Shown here piece after piece: positions 39,361 to 48,553 of a DNA stretch of 64,000 nt. Positions within the stretch are counted from its first letter, which is position 1. The number at the start of each line of letters is the position of its first letter. The stretch is from Phycisphaerae bacterium (GTDB lineage: Bacteria > Planctomycetota > Phycisphaerae > UBA1845): assembly GCA_963666835.2 (NCBI GenBank), contig CAXXGO010000006.1, positions 1,792,001 through 1,856,000 on the forward strand, given 5' to 3'. The notes beneath the pieces are model-generated. The model did no database searches. It was not told the origin of the DNA and was given only the letters and a program-made list of their open reading frames with translations. The translations under genes and the position numbers were made by a program.

Positions 39361-40042
39361 TCGAATTATCTCCTTCTTTTGAGCCTGCCAAGGACACGAG
39401 GTAGTTCCGGTGTTCGCTAATGCGTTTCCGCACTGCCGCTTGGGCGGTAGGCATCGTCAAGACCTTGCCCGCGATCGTCGGAGCAAGGAGGGCCGGAAGC
39501 TCCTCCAGAACGCTCACGAACCATTCAATCAGCTCAAGGCGGTTTCGCTTGAGTTCTTCGAGCGTCACCAGCAGCCCGGCCTCCTCCTGGTTCTTCCGCT
39601 CTTCCCGTTCAGCCCGGGCTTGCTTGTACCGGCGATCCGCCTCACGGCTGCTCACCCGGCCGTCTTTTCCATCGCCGGCAAGCCGGTGCTTGTTACTGGC
39701 CAGGAAGTCATGCAGTGCGGCCACGACCGCGGGCAGGTCGATCGTCCGACCGAGCAACGGCAGACCGTACCGATGGGCCTGCTCGTTGATGACCTTCACC
39801 TGTCGCCCGGACATCGTCTGCCAATCCCGCTTCGGGATCGACCTGTAATGCTGCCAACGGAGTTGAGTTGCACGCGCCGCCTCCGCCCGACGCAGAGCGG
39901 CCAGCTCCCGCCCGGTGGGTTTCTCGCCCGCCCGACGCTTCGCCAACGCCGTAGCGGCCAGCTCGCGATCGATCTGATCGACCACCGTGAGCACCGGCTC
40001 CCCGGGCTTGGTTGCCTCCCGTGTGGTTTTTGGATTCGCCAT
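39305..40042 (-). CDS. Putative phage terminase small subunit (Nu1-like)
   Basis: Likely start MANPKTT at 40042; central HTH-like part, then the coiled segment RYKQARAEREERKNQEEAGLLVTLEEL...LEELPALLAP, reminiscent of Nu1-type TerS; lies downstream of the cos-like site. Confidence 0.55.
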   Translation of the reverse strand: MANPKTTREATKPGEPVLTVVDQIDRELAATALAKRRAGEKPTGRELAALRRAEAARATQLRWQHYRSIPKRDWQTMSGRQVKVINEQAHRYGLPLLGRTIDLPAVVAALHDFLASNKHRLAGDGKDGRVSSREADRRYKQARAEREERKNQEEAGLLVTLEELKRNRLELIEWFVSVLEELPALLAPTIAGKVLTMPTAQAAVRKRISEHRNYLVSLAGSKEGDNSNDSDTTTAKHCGNADRPG

Positions 40043-40044
40043 GA

Positions 40045-41049
40045 CTATCCCCTCAATCCCATCACCTTCCGATAGGTCGGCGTCTGCTTGATGGCGTCCA
40101 TGCACTCCGCGTACGACATCTTCGGCAGAGTCCGGGTCGACCGCGTATCCTGAGCCATGGTCTTGAAGCAATACGCAGTGCCCGGCTTCCGCATTCCGTC
40201 GGAGTATTCAACCCGCCCATCACGGGCGATGTGGTTCATGTTGGCCGTGAGAGTCTGCCAGCCCAGGCCGTCTACGCCGCAACAGCACGGATGATCGCCG
40301 AGCGACCGCAGGCGGTTCTCCGCACAATAGAACCGGAGCCCCAACTCGTGACAGCGCTGCCGAATCCGCCGGAAGTCCCGCTCCAAAGCCGCAGCCGGAT
40401 AGCACCAATCGCCCGCGACCTTCACGAACCCGTCGGCCCTGCGACCGCGTTTGAGACCCTCGATCGTAACGCCATACACCCCGGCCTCCGCCAGCTTTTC
40501 GAGGTTTGCCAGCACGTCCCGGCACAAGCCCAGCGCGTACGGCTGAATTCGCGCGATGGTGCGCGGCACTACCGGAGAGATCTTCCGCATGAGCTCGAGT
40601 CGCTCATGGTACCGCGGCGCTCCGGGCTCCAGCTTGTCGTATTGCGGCGAGACCATCGACACCTGGAACACGACGTTGGCACGGCCGAGCAGGCTTAGGT
40701 ACGGCTCCTCCCCCGGGAGCGTGGCCTTGGTGGACACCACGAACGGGTATTTCGTCTTTACCAGAATCTGTAACGCCTCCAGGGATCGGCGGTGCTTCCG
40801 CTCGGCCGGCTGGAAGGGATCGCTGGTTCCGCCCCAGTGAATCGGGATGTCCCAGTCACACCAGGCCGTCTCCAGGGTCCGGTGCCCGTTGATGAACCGC
40901 CGGAGCGAATCCGCGGACTCGCCCAGCTTGACGCTCAGGTCCGCTTTCCGCCGCACGAAGCAGTAGGCGCATTCATGAGTACACCCCTGGTACGTGTCGA
41001 AACGCACCGGCAGGTCGCACAACACTACTTGTGATCCGGCTCGGGGCAT
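40045..41049 (-). CDS. Radical SAM protein (spore photoproduct lyase-like)
   Basis: DTYQGCTHECAYCF (CxxxCxxC), GGTSDPFQPAE, STK, LEPGAP, RIQP, Cys-rich CCCG. Confidence 0.85.
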   Translation of the reverse strand: MPRAGSQVVLCDLPVRFDTYQGCTHECAYCFVRRKADLSVKLGESADSLRRFINGHRTLETAWCDWDIPIHWGGTSDPFQPAERKHRRSLEALQILVKTKYPFVVSTKATLPGEEPYLSLLGRANVVFQVSMVSPQYDKLEPGAPRYHERLELMRKISPVVPRTIARIQPYALGLCRDVLANLEKLAEAGVYGVTIEGLKRGRRADGFVKVAGDWCYPAAALERDFRRIRQRCHELGLRFYCAENRLRSLGDHPCCCGVDGLGWQTLTANMNHIARDGRVEYSDGMRKPGTAYCFKTMAQDTRSTRTLPKMSYAECMDAIKQTPTYRKVMGLRG

Positions 41050-41135
41050 TGTCGCTCCTTCGGTGAATGCCGCGTCTTAATAGCCAGCCCGCACACGCGA
41101 TCCAGCTCACTCTCCGGTAAGGTCGGCCAAGGCCC

Positions 41136-41290
41136 TTCCCCCCTTACCAAGGGGGGATCGAGGGGGGTCTGCTACCACGCAGAAAGACCCAACAAGATCC
41201 GATCAGCGCCAGCATTACAGCGTATTCCGTCGCCTGTGCGTTGCAGCGACGAAGAACCTCCCCCAGCTTCTCCTTGGTAAGGAGGGGAGG
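41136..41290. repeat. Inverted pair of palindromic REP-like elements
   Basis: CCCCCCTTACCAAGGGGGGATCGAGGGGGGT and an oppositely oriented related copy ACCTCCCCCAGCTTCTCCTTGGTAAGGAGGGG about 85 nt away. Confidence 0.55.
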
Positions 41291-41335
41291 AAGAAGTACG
41301 ACTACCTCTGAAAACAGCGCCATTCCTTTGTCACC

Positions 41336-41911
41336 TCACGCCATCTCCGCGCACAGCGCGGTAATCCGCTCTGCCACCGTTGTCTTGCTGTGATCCGAAC
41401 ACGCCCGTCGAACCACCGCAGCATCCTCAGGCGGGAACAGAAACGTAATCTGCTCGCAGTCGGCAGACTCGGAGATGCGGTCGACGAAGCAGCCCTCGAG
41501 ATCCCCCTCGGCCAGTACGGCCGGCTGGGCGAGATCGTCGAACAGAAGTTCGTCGTACAGGTCAACCGCGCTGCCCCGGAGCTCTTCGAGGATCGCGTCC
41601 AACTCCGGCGTGAACTCCCCGGCAATCGTCGGCGAGTTCAACGCAATGTTGAGCGCCTTCTCCTCGGTCTCCGACAGGTCGACGACCACCACATCCGCCT
41701 CGACCTCCCCGGCCGCCAGCATGGCCCTCAGCCGCTGATGCCCCCCGACGACGTTTCCGGTCCGCTTGTTCCAGACGATCCGCTCGACATACCCGAACCG
41801 CTTCAAAGACGCAGAGAGCCCCGTAAACGCCCGATCGTCGATCCGCCGAGGGTTGTAGCCCGCCGGCCGCAGATCGGCCAAACAAACGCGCTCGGTGTGG
41901 TGCTGTTTCAT
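41336..41911 (-). CDS. ParB/sulfiredoxin-like N-terminal domain protein (phage type)
   Basis: LRPAGYNPRRI...SLKRFGYVERIVWNKRTGNVVGGHQRL...EKALNIALN. Confidence 0.85.
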   Translation of the reverse strand: MKQHHTERVCLADLRPAGYNPRRIDDRAFTGLSASLKRFGYVERIVWNKRTGNVVGGHQRLRAMLAAGEVEADVVVVDLSETEEKALNIALNSPTIAGEFTPELDAILEELRGSAVDLYDELLFDDLAQPAVLAEGDLEGCFVDRISESADCEQITFLFPPEDAAVVRRACSDHSKTTVAERITALCAEMA

Positions 41912-42091
41912 CGCCCCTAAACCTCCAACGTCGCCCGGTCATCATCGTTCAGTGCGGGCATCGAACGACTCCAAGGTGGCACTCTCTTCAACCACATATA
42001 CCCGACATTAGGAGCGGTGTCGAGCCTATGTCACGCGATTTGTTACTTACTTAGTCAAAACAACCCCCCCGCGCGCGTTTTTCAGCCGATA

Positions 42092-42135
42092 CCCCGCGGT
42101 CCCCGCCCGCGGGGGGGGGCGTCCAAAAGGACCCG
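42092..42135 (-). other. Lambda-like cos sequence (cosQ-like and cosN-like)
   Basis: The minus strand reads CGGGTCCTTT-TGGACGCCCCCCCCCGC-GGGCGGGGACCG-CGGGG. GGGTCCT equals lambda cosQ; GGGCGGGGACCG matches lambda GGGCGGCGACCT at 10/12 (lambda sequence recalled, not looked up). Dyad CCCCGCGG-N7-CCGCGGGG. Confidence 0.55.
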
Positions 42136-42582
42136 AACCGCTCTCCCGGCGGTGACACTACCCCCTGAAACCGCCTTCGCCGGTGCCACTACCCTCTGTC
42201 TGTGGCCCCAATTGAGGGTTGTGTCACTGTCACCAGTGTCACCTACAAGTCGTTTCCCCCGCTCTCTCGCTGTGTGTCTGATCCGAACCGGTGGATTCCG
42301 GATCATGTGAGGATGCGTGAACCTTCGGCCGGTCAGTGGATCGCGACTACCAGTGCGACCGGCACTACGGAGCTTCGGGCGTCTCCGGAAAACACGCCGG
42401 ATCGCATCAAAGCGATCTCTGGTTCATTTGGCCGGAAAGCGGGGTCCTTAGACTCTGCTTCCCCGGACTGCGGGGCGGGATAGCGCGCGGACGATAAACG
42501 TGCGCTTCGCACAAGAACTTGTCCGAATCTGGCGGTTTCTGGGCTCAGAATCGGTGTTTTTTCGTGTTTAAACGCCTATGGG

Positions 42583-42628
42583 CGGTTTCCTAAACCGGGG
42601 GTCGCAGGTTCGAGTCCTGCCGGGCGCA
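42583..42628 (+). other. 3' fragment of tRNA-Arg(CCT), probable att site
   Basis: Anticodon arm CGGT-TTCCTAA-ACCG, T-arm GCAGG-TTCGAGT-CCTGC, acceptor 3' strand CGGGCGC-A; no D-arm or 5' acceptor strand upstream. Confidence 0.85.
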
Positions 42629-42827
42629 GTTTGACTGGGCTTGTAACCCTTTTCAATCGCGACAGTTACAGCGTTCTGCTTTTCTGGGGCAACTGACGAG
42701 GTTTTGTCAGCAGATGTCCCTGATGCGCACGGGTTGCCGGAATCCGGTACAATTGCTGGTAGAAGCGAAGCCGGTCTGTTCTCAGGGGGGCGATCCGTCC
42801 GGGCGTGGTCGGCCGGCGCTTTGTTCC

Positions 42828-43562
42828 TCACTCCGTTTTCGTGAACCAGAACCGTGCCAGTCTCTCGTCTCCGCGGCTGCGAGGCGTGTCACTTGGCCGG
42901 TAGACAAACCCGACTGGGTCAAACCATCCCAGCCATCCGGCGCGAAAGAAGATCACACCGGTTCCCCAATCAGAGATGTCATGCACTTCATACAGCCCGA
43001 TCCACCCTTGCAGGGTCTTCGGGTCCGCTCCCGACTGGATCTGCTGCACTGCCCGGGCGAACGCGGGTCGGCTGAGGTGGAACCGCCCTCGCAACGGCCA
43101 GGACCAGAGATGCACGGACAGGATCAAGGTGAGAAACAACGGCAAGACGCTCCACCGCCAACCGCGCCCCTGGGTCCTTTCTCCCCGGTCGAGCAACGCT
43201 CGGGCGCGATCGGTCCGCACGGCCACGCTGCGTCCGAAGTAATCGAGAGCCAGGACGCAGACGGTCGCCCCTGCGACCGGGATGATCAGGCACGCGCCAA
43301 AGTCCAGGGAGCCGGACAACCCTCCGGGTCCGCCGGACCAATAGACGTAGAGCGCGCCGGCAACAGCAAGAACGGGAGCTTGCCATCTAGGCGGGGCCTG
43401 CGGTCGAAACGGCCATGGCCACTTTGCTGATCCGTCTTGGTATGTCGTGGGATCATCCGGAATGAACGCCCGCCCACATTCCGGGCAGACCGCCTCCGGC
43501 AACCCGCGAAGGGCGTATCCACAACCGAGGCAGTAAGCGGTATCGGGAGCTTCGCCGGTCAT
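42828..43562 (-). CDS. Membrane protein with an N-terminal Zn ribbon
   Basis: CLGCGYALRGLPEAVCPECG followed by about 3 hydrophobic segments. Confidence 0.7.
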   Translation of the reverse strand: MTGEAPDTAYCLGCGYALRGLPEAVCPECGRAFIPDDPTTYQDGSAKWPWPFRPQAPPRWQAPVLAVAGALYVYWSGGPGGLSGSLDFGACLIIPVAGATVCVLALDYFGRSVAVRTDRARALLDRGERTQGRGWRWSVLPLFLTLILSVHLWSWPLRGRFHLSRPAFARAVQQIQSGADPKTLQGWIGLYEVHDISDWGTGVIFFRAGWLGWFDPVGFVYRPSDTPRSRGDERLARFWFTKTE

Positions 43563-44536
43563 CTTGTTGTTGGAGCAGGTTCACTCCCTCCGCCGTCCGA
43601 TGTTGCTCCGTCCGTGCCGTCTCTCCAGTTGTAGTATTCCGTCGCCAGCCAATCATTGATAGGCTCTCGCCTTCGAATCGAACTCCGGATTCGGTCCAGG
43701 ATGCCAGGGTGATCGTCCAGAAACTGCATGTAGTCGGCATTATACTCGGCGGAGCTTCGACAGAGATCAGGGCCGGTTCCCCGCCAGCCTTGCATACCTT
43801 CTTCGTCGGAACCGTTGCAGACCCAGTTGTGTGGGCATTCTTCGCGCGGATCGAGGAGCGGTGTCAGTACGCTTGTTAGCTCCCGGTTCTTCTCAAGACC
43901 CCCGGATATCTCAAACAGCACCGGGCCGCCAAATGGAAGTCCGAATTGATGGCGGACGCGGAATTCACGCCGGCAACACTCGGAGCACTGCCACGCTTCG
44001 GTAATCCTGATGTATCCGAGAAGCCCGGCGACCAGAACGACTGCCAGCAGCCACGCCGGTAGGACTATGCGCCAGGGCAGCGCCTTGATGGGATGACAAG
44101 AAGAGGGCACTTCAGCCGCAGGCTCTCTTATCGGCGTGCCGCATTCGGGGCAGATTCCGCTAACGTTCCCGGTGAGGTTGTAGCGGCACCGCGAGCAGAG
44201 ATTCACGGCCGACGCCTTGGCTCCAACCACCGCGAGTAGGTATTGAGCCAGAAACGGGCCAGCGAATGCCAGGGCGAGAAGGGTGAATCCGGCGATCGGC
44301 CCGAGCAGACGCAATGTCTTGTAGTCGAAAAACGAGCGAAGAGTGCCGTCAGATCTGCCCAACTCTACCCCCGTAAGAACGAGAAAGGCTATGGCCGCAT
44401 AGTAGATTATGATCGCGGTGCGCCGGCGACTCATGACCGCGCCGCATCTTCGCCGCCCGACCACGAAAGCGATGAGGGGGCATAACGCCAGAGCGGCAAG
44501 ACATGCGAGAAACGAGATCAACACAAACAGCATCAC
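43559..44536 (-). CDS. Membrane protein with an internal Zn ribbon
   Basis: Three TMs, CSRCRYNLTGNVSGICPECG, a further TM; 4-nt overlap with the next gene. Confidence 0.7.
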   Translation of the reverse strand: MMLFVLISFLACLAALALCPLIAFVVGRRRCGAVMSRRRTAIIIYYAAIAFLVLTGVELGRSDGTLRSFFDYKTLRLLGPIAGFTLLALAFAGPFLAQYLLAVVGAKASAVNLCSRCRYNLTGNVSGICPECGTPIREPAAEVPSSCHPIKALPWRIVLPAWLLAVVLVAGLLGYIRITEAWQCSECCRREFRVRHQFGLPFGGPVLFEISGGLEKNRELTSVLTPLLDPREECPHNWVCNGSDEEGMQGWRGTGPDLCRSSAEYNADYMQFLDDHPGILDRIRSSIRRREPINDWLATEYYNWRDGTDGATSDGGGSEPAPTTR

Positions 44537-45004
44537 GATAGCGTTTCCTCGTCGTCAATGGGCATGCAACGTCCGCCCGACCCAATCCGCATCAGATTAT
44601 AGCCAGTCCCCGACGAGGTTTCGAATGGCGAAACGGTACGAACGTGTCGTGGGTGCAGGATCGTGCCTCGACCGTGCCGTAAGTTAAGCCCCTTGGGGCG
44701 ACAGGTTCTCGAGCCCCACGGCGTAAGCCTGGGGGACTGTGCGGTGGCCTCGCGCCAAGCCCCTACCTGTGGGCGGCAGAAGGCATCGAGGCATCGATCG
44801 GACGCCGGTGATTCAACGTCATACGGCGGCACGATGGCGAGCGCCGAGACTTCCTCGATCATCGAAGTGCCGCCCTGACGGGCTGGTTCCGCGAGACACG
44901 CGCGTGGCACGTTTTCGTGCGATTCGGCCCATTGTGGCCTTGATGGCAGGTCTCGTACCTCGACCATGCCCTACCCAACTCCCCGGTGGACATTCCGCAA
45001 GCGA

Positions 45005-46375
45005 TCATAGTTCGACCCGCAAGCGCAGCCCGGCCACGAATGCGTTGCGATCTCCTTTATCACCTCCGGCGTTGGCAATGAACTGCAGGTCCGGCGAAAT
45101 CACGCACCACGGAGTCGCCTGGATGGAGTAGTAAAGCTCGTAGACCGTTTCGCGGTCGGCTCGGTCATGAATCTCGTCGTGATACTGGTTCGAGAGGATC
45201 GCCTGGGCTATGCCCAGTCCGAGCGTGTCCTTGTCGCGACCGGAGATCAGCCCTACATACTGCGCCCCGCAGGACCAAAAGTGCTCGATTTTGTTTACGT
45301 CGCCGCGTGCGAATCCGTACCGGGCGAAAACGGAGGCACCCTGTTTGTCCTTCGGGTCATCGTTCTCCTTCCAGACCATCTGATCACAGCCGAAGTAGTA
45401 CCCGACGTCGCCGGACCGCGACCGTGGGGCCAGCAGACCGCCGAGGTCGTCTCGGAAGATGCTCTGCGGATGCGGGCGGTACCACGAGCCGAACCGATAG
45501 TGCCCGGCCAGCTTGCCGTTGGCCGATTCGAACTTCGGGGCGAGTCCGATCTCCGCGAAGAGACGGATGCGGTCCTCGCCGTGAAACGCCGTGTCGAACC
45601 CCGTTCGGCGGTCCCGCGCCTCGGGGTCCATGGCCGCCGCACAGATGTATAGCCAGTCGGTTGCCCATACGTTCACGAACGCGCCCAGCGCAGTCTTGTG
45701 AGGAATCGTCGGGTTCCTCACCAGGGCGGTGTTCATGAACTGCTTATCCTCGCTGCCGGCCACCATGTTCACGTCGATGAAGTCCTTGTCCGTCCCGATT
45801 TGCCCGAGGACAAACTTGACCCGATCATCCAAGAGGCGTTGCTTCCACCACCACTTGTCGACGTAGATCGGCTCCTCCGTCTTTGCGTCCTGATTGGTTT
45901 TGAACAGCGCGCCGATTTTCTCCTTGTCGAAGTCGCTGGAATCTCCGCCCGAGGTGCCCTTGGCCTGGAAGTAGATCTCACCACCGGGTATGAGGTTCAT
46001 CTTGCCGAGGTCGAGGTAGATCTTGAGATCGTAGCAGGCCGCGGAATCATGCCCGTTCTTCGTCTCCAGCCCGCCGTACATGTTGGTCATCAACTGAGTC
46101 GTGCTCCGCAGCGCGAAGGAAATGCCCGCGTCCTCCAGATCGGTTCGGAGCCCGCCCCAGTCACCGGTGAGCTTCTTCGCGGTCCAAGGGTCATAGGGTT
46201 TGCGGGCCGGGATGGTGGCTGCCGGCTGCTCGGCCCGTTCGACCTTAGTCGCCGGCTCGCTGTTCTGGTCGCCCGGTTCCTGCCTGGCATCGGCCAGCGC
46301 GTTCGTCGCTCCAAACACCAAAAGGCACGCAAACCCTGTTACCAACAGGCCCATTACCCACCGTGTTTCGGTCAT
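45005..46375 (-). CDS. Carbohydrate-selective porin, OprB family
   Basis: Signal peptide; LTGDWGGLRTDLEDAGI; ETVYELYY..Q...ISPDLQFI; terminal GLRLRVEL beta-strand. Confidence 0.88.
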   Translation of the reverse strand: MTETRWVMGLLVTGFACLLVFGATNALADARQEPGDQNSEPATKVERAEQPAATIPARKPYDPWTAKKLTGDWGGLRTDLEDAGISFALRSTTQLMTNMYGGLETKNGHDSAACYDLKIYLDLGKMNLIPGGEIYFQAKGTSGGDSSDFDKEKIGALFKTNQDAKTEEPIYVDKWWWKQRLLDDRVKFVLGQIGTDKDFIDVNMVAGSEDKQFMNTALVRNPTIPHKTALGAFVNVWATDWLYICAAAMDPEARDRRTGFDTAFHGEDRIRLFAEIGLAPKFESANGKLAGHYRFGSWYRPHPQSIFRDDLGGLLAPRSRSGDVGYYFGCDQMVWKENDDPKDKQGASVFARYGFARGDVNKIEHFWSCGAQYVGLISGRDKDTLGLGIAQAILSNQYHDEIHDRADRETVYELYYSIQATPWCVISPDLQFIANAGGDKGDRNAFVAGLRLRVEL

Positions 46376-46881
46376 CGTTCGACTCCGTTCGCCCCGCTGC
46401 GCCCCGTTTCGTAGGCACCGCCCCGTTTGGTCCGGATGTTCGGTATGTCCGCCGGAACCAAGGGGAACGCAATGCCCGCCAAGTACCGTGGACCATGGCG
46501 TCCTATAATCTACCCTCAGGGGCGAACCACGGCCTTTCAAGTCAGCCCAGATCTAGGTGATCGCCCGCACTTCCAAATCGCCGTCCGGCAAGGAATACCG
46601 CCCGACCGTAGAGCAACTTATGGCCGAAATACACTTCAAATGCAACCTCGTGGCAAGGAAATGGAAAATCACAGCCCTTCGGCGACCGTTTCCGTGCGCC
46701 CATGGTCGATGTGAAGCCGAGAGCGTCTGCCCATGCCGCATGCGCCGGCTGTTACGCGGTTTCGATGGTCTATTAACGCGCAGTGACGGGGGATTGATGG
46801 GGGCGCTGCGACGCAGAAGGACTCTCCCCAGCTCCTCTTTGGTGAGGAGGAAGAGACGTGACTGCCCTCTCGGAAACGGGA

Positions 46882-48174
46882 CTAGTTTGTCGTCGCACGG
46901 GCAACTCGCCCGCTAGCAGTGGTTGCGGCAGGTCTCGTTTCTCGACCATGCCCCACAAGGCCGACTTCATTCTCCCGGATCAGCTCGAGCAGAACGGTTT
47001 TGGCTTGCCGGAGTTGTTCATCGTGTCCGGCAGTGTACGGGAGGCTCCTTTCAACCATGATGTCCGGATTGGTGGGGTGTCCTTCAAGCGCAAAGCGGTC
47101 GCCGGGCAACATGATTAAGCCGTCGGATCCGATACGCCGGAACCCGCCTACGGAAATAACATGCCCCGGCGTTGGAGTGCCGAGCAGAGGGGCAACGTCA
47201 TGTCGCTGAACGGCGTCGACCACAATCTCTTTAGCGCTGCGGGTCCCGTCGGCGACCAGGATGACCGCCGGTCTGGTCCAGCATTCGTCGGGGTCGCGAC
47301 CGTCCTTGGGGCGGCTGGAGCCGAAGAAGAACCGCATGGCCGGGGTGGACACCCCGCCGAATCCGTCACGATAATCGAGCAACAAACCATCAACCTCGTC
47401 TTGCAGGTCCAACAGTTGGCGGTACTCGCCGCCTCCGCCGAGCAGGCTCCAGCCGTGCAGATAAGCGAAGCGATGACCTTCGTGTTCAATAACGCGAATG
47501 CTACGCCGGATTGCCCGCTGCACGGCATCATGCAGCGATTCTCGCACCGGAATAATCTCGACGTTCAAGACCAAGCCCGGTTTGCGACGGACCCGGACGG
47601 TGACCGGCTTGCCCGCCTTGCCGCTAAAGCTGCCGATCGGCTCGAATGGCCGGCCGTCAACCGAAAGGAGCTCATCGCCGACTCTGAGGGCGGAATCGGT
47701 AGCCGCGGACCCTTCGAGGATCCCGCGTACGAACCAGTTTCCGTCTATTCGTTCGGTCATCAGTCCGATGTGATCCGCATGGGATTCCGACCCGCCGCCG
47801 AAGGCCGATCGCAGGTGCCAGAAGAACCAGTCTTGATCCGTGTAGTAGTGGAAATGTGATAGGCCGGTTGCCCCGAATAGGGCGTTGACGGCCTCGGCAA
47901 ACTCCTGATGGTTGAGCGTTCGCTCTATCAGCGGGCGGTGGAGGGCTACGAGATCGCGCCAACGTTGCCGGCCGATGAGGTTCGGGGCGTTCGATTTGTC
48001 TACCAGTCTGATTACGCGATCCAGGCGGCGTTGGATCTCCGTCTGTTCCGATGGGGCGGTTGCGGCGGCGTTCTTCTCCGGGATCAGCCGGGCTTGTGCG
48101 CCAGGCACCCCGGCCGTGAGTCCGATGATAACTGCGAAGCAGAGACTCCACCGTAGTTGCCAATCTGTTCTCAT
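46882..48174 (-). CDS. S41-family peptidase with a PDZ domain
   Basis: Signal peptide; SHF; PDZ (GSAA...LRVGDELLSVDG); LLDYRDGFGG; TRSAKE; GTPTPG. Confidence 0.85.
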   Translation of the reverse strand: MRTDWQLRWSLCFAVIIGLTAGVPGAQARLIPEKNAAATAPSEQTEIQRRLDRVIRLVDKSNAPNLIGRQRWRDLVALHRPLIERTLNHQEFAEAVNALFGATGLSHFHYYTDQDWFFWHLRSAFGGGSESHADHIGLMTERIDGNWFVRGILEGSAATDSALRVGDELLSVDGRPFEPIGSFSGKAGKPVTVRVRRKPGLVLNVEIIPVRESLHDAVQRAIRRSIRVIEHEGHRFAYLHGWSLLGGGGEYRQLLDLQDEVDGLLLDYRDGFGGVSTPAMRFFFGSSRPKDGRDPDECWTRPAVILVADGTRSAKEIVVDAVQRHDVAPLLGTPTPGHVISVGGFRRIGSDGLIMLPGDRFALEGHPTNPDIMVERSLPYTAGHDEQLRQAKTVLLELIRENEVGLVGHGRETRPAATTASGRVARATTN

Positions 48175-48553
48175 GGTATGTTTCCCTGTTGTACAGTCGC
48201 GCCGCTGCGCGCCGTCTGAAGCACCCATCTGAAGCGGGCCGGCCTTCGCCGTTGTCGCCCCCGGCGCGATACTATCAAGTCGATGGCGTTTGGTGCAGTA
48301 CCCTGCCCCGTTTCAAACGCCGTATCATCAATCCAGACTATCCTTCGGACGACCGCTCATGTGTTGGGTTGTCGCACAATCCTGTGTTTATTTGTCTGTC
48401 GCTTAGCATCAAGCAATCCTGCACGGCGTGGCGAGCTCGGCCGGTGGTGGGCGTGTACCTTTTTTAGTCGGAGCAAAGCGTTGCGGTCAGGATCCACCCG
48501 CACACACCTGCGGACTGCGGCGACAGCCGACGGACCTCGTATATCGATCCGGC

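Larger units (their letters stand above)
1..42628. mobile_element. tRNA-Arg-integrated genomic island or satellite-like element (left boundary outside the window)
   Basis: tRNA 3' fragment at the right edge, phage-like genes at both ends, defence cargo between, housekeeping-type genes beyond 42.7 kb. It may be a composite of several elements. Confidence 0.6.

Noticed and set aside
39100..42135. Intact prophage
   Set aside because: No large terminase, portal, capsid, tail or lysis genes in the window.
42555..42630. Complete tRNA-Arg gene
   Set aside because: Only the anticodon arm, T-arm and 3' acceptor strand are present; no D-arm or GCGCCCG 5' strand, so it is called an att fragment.
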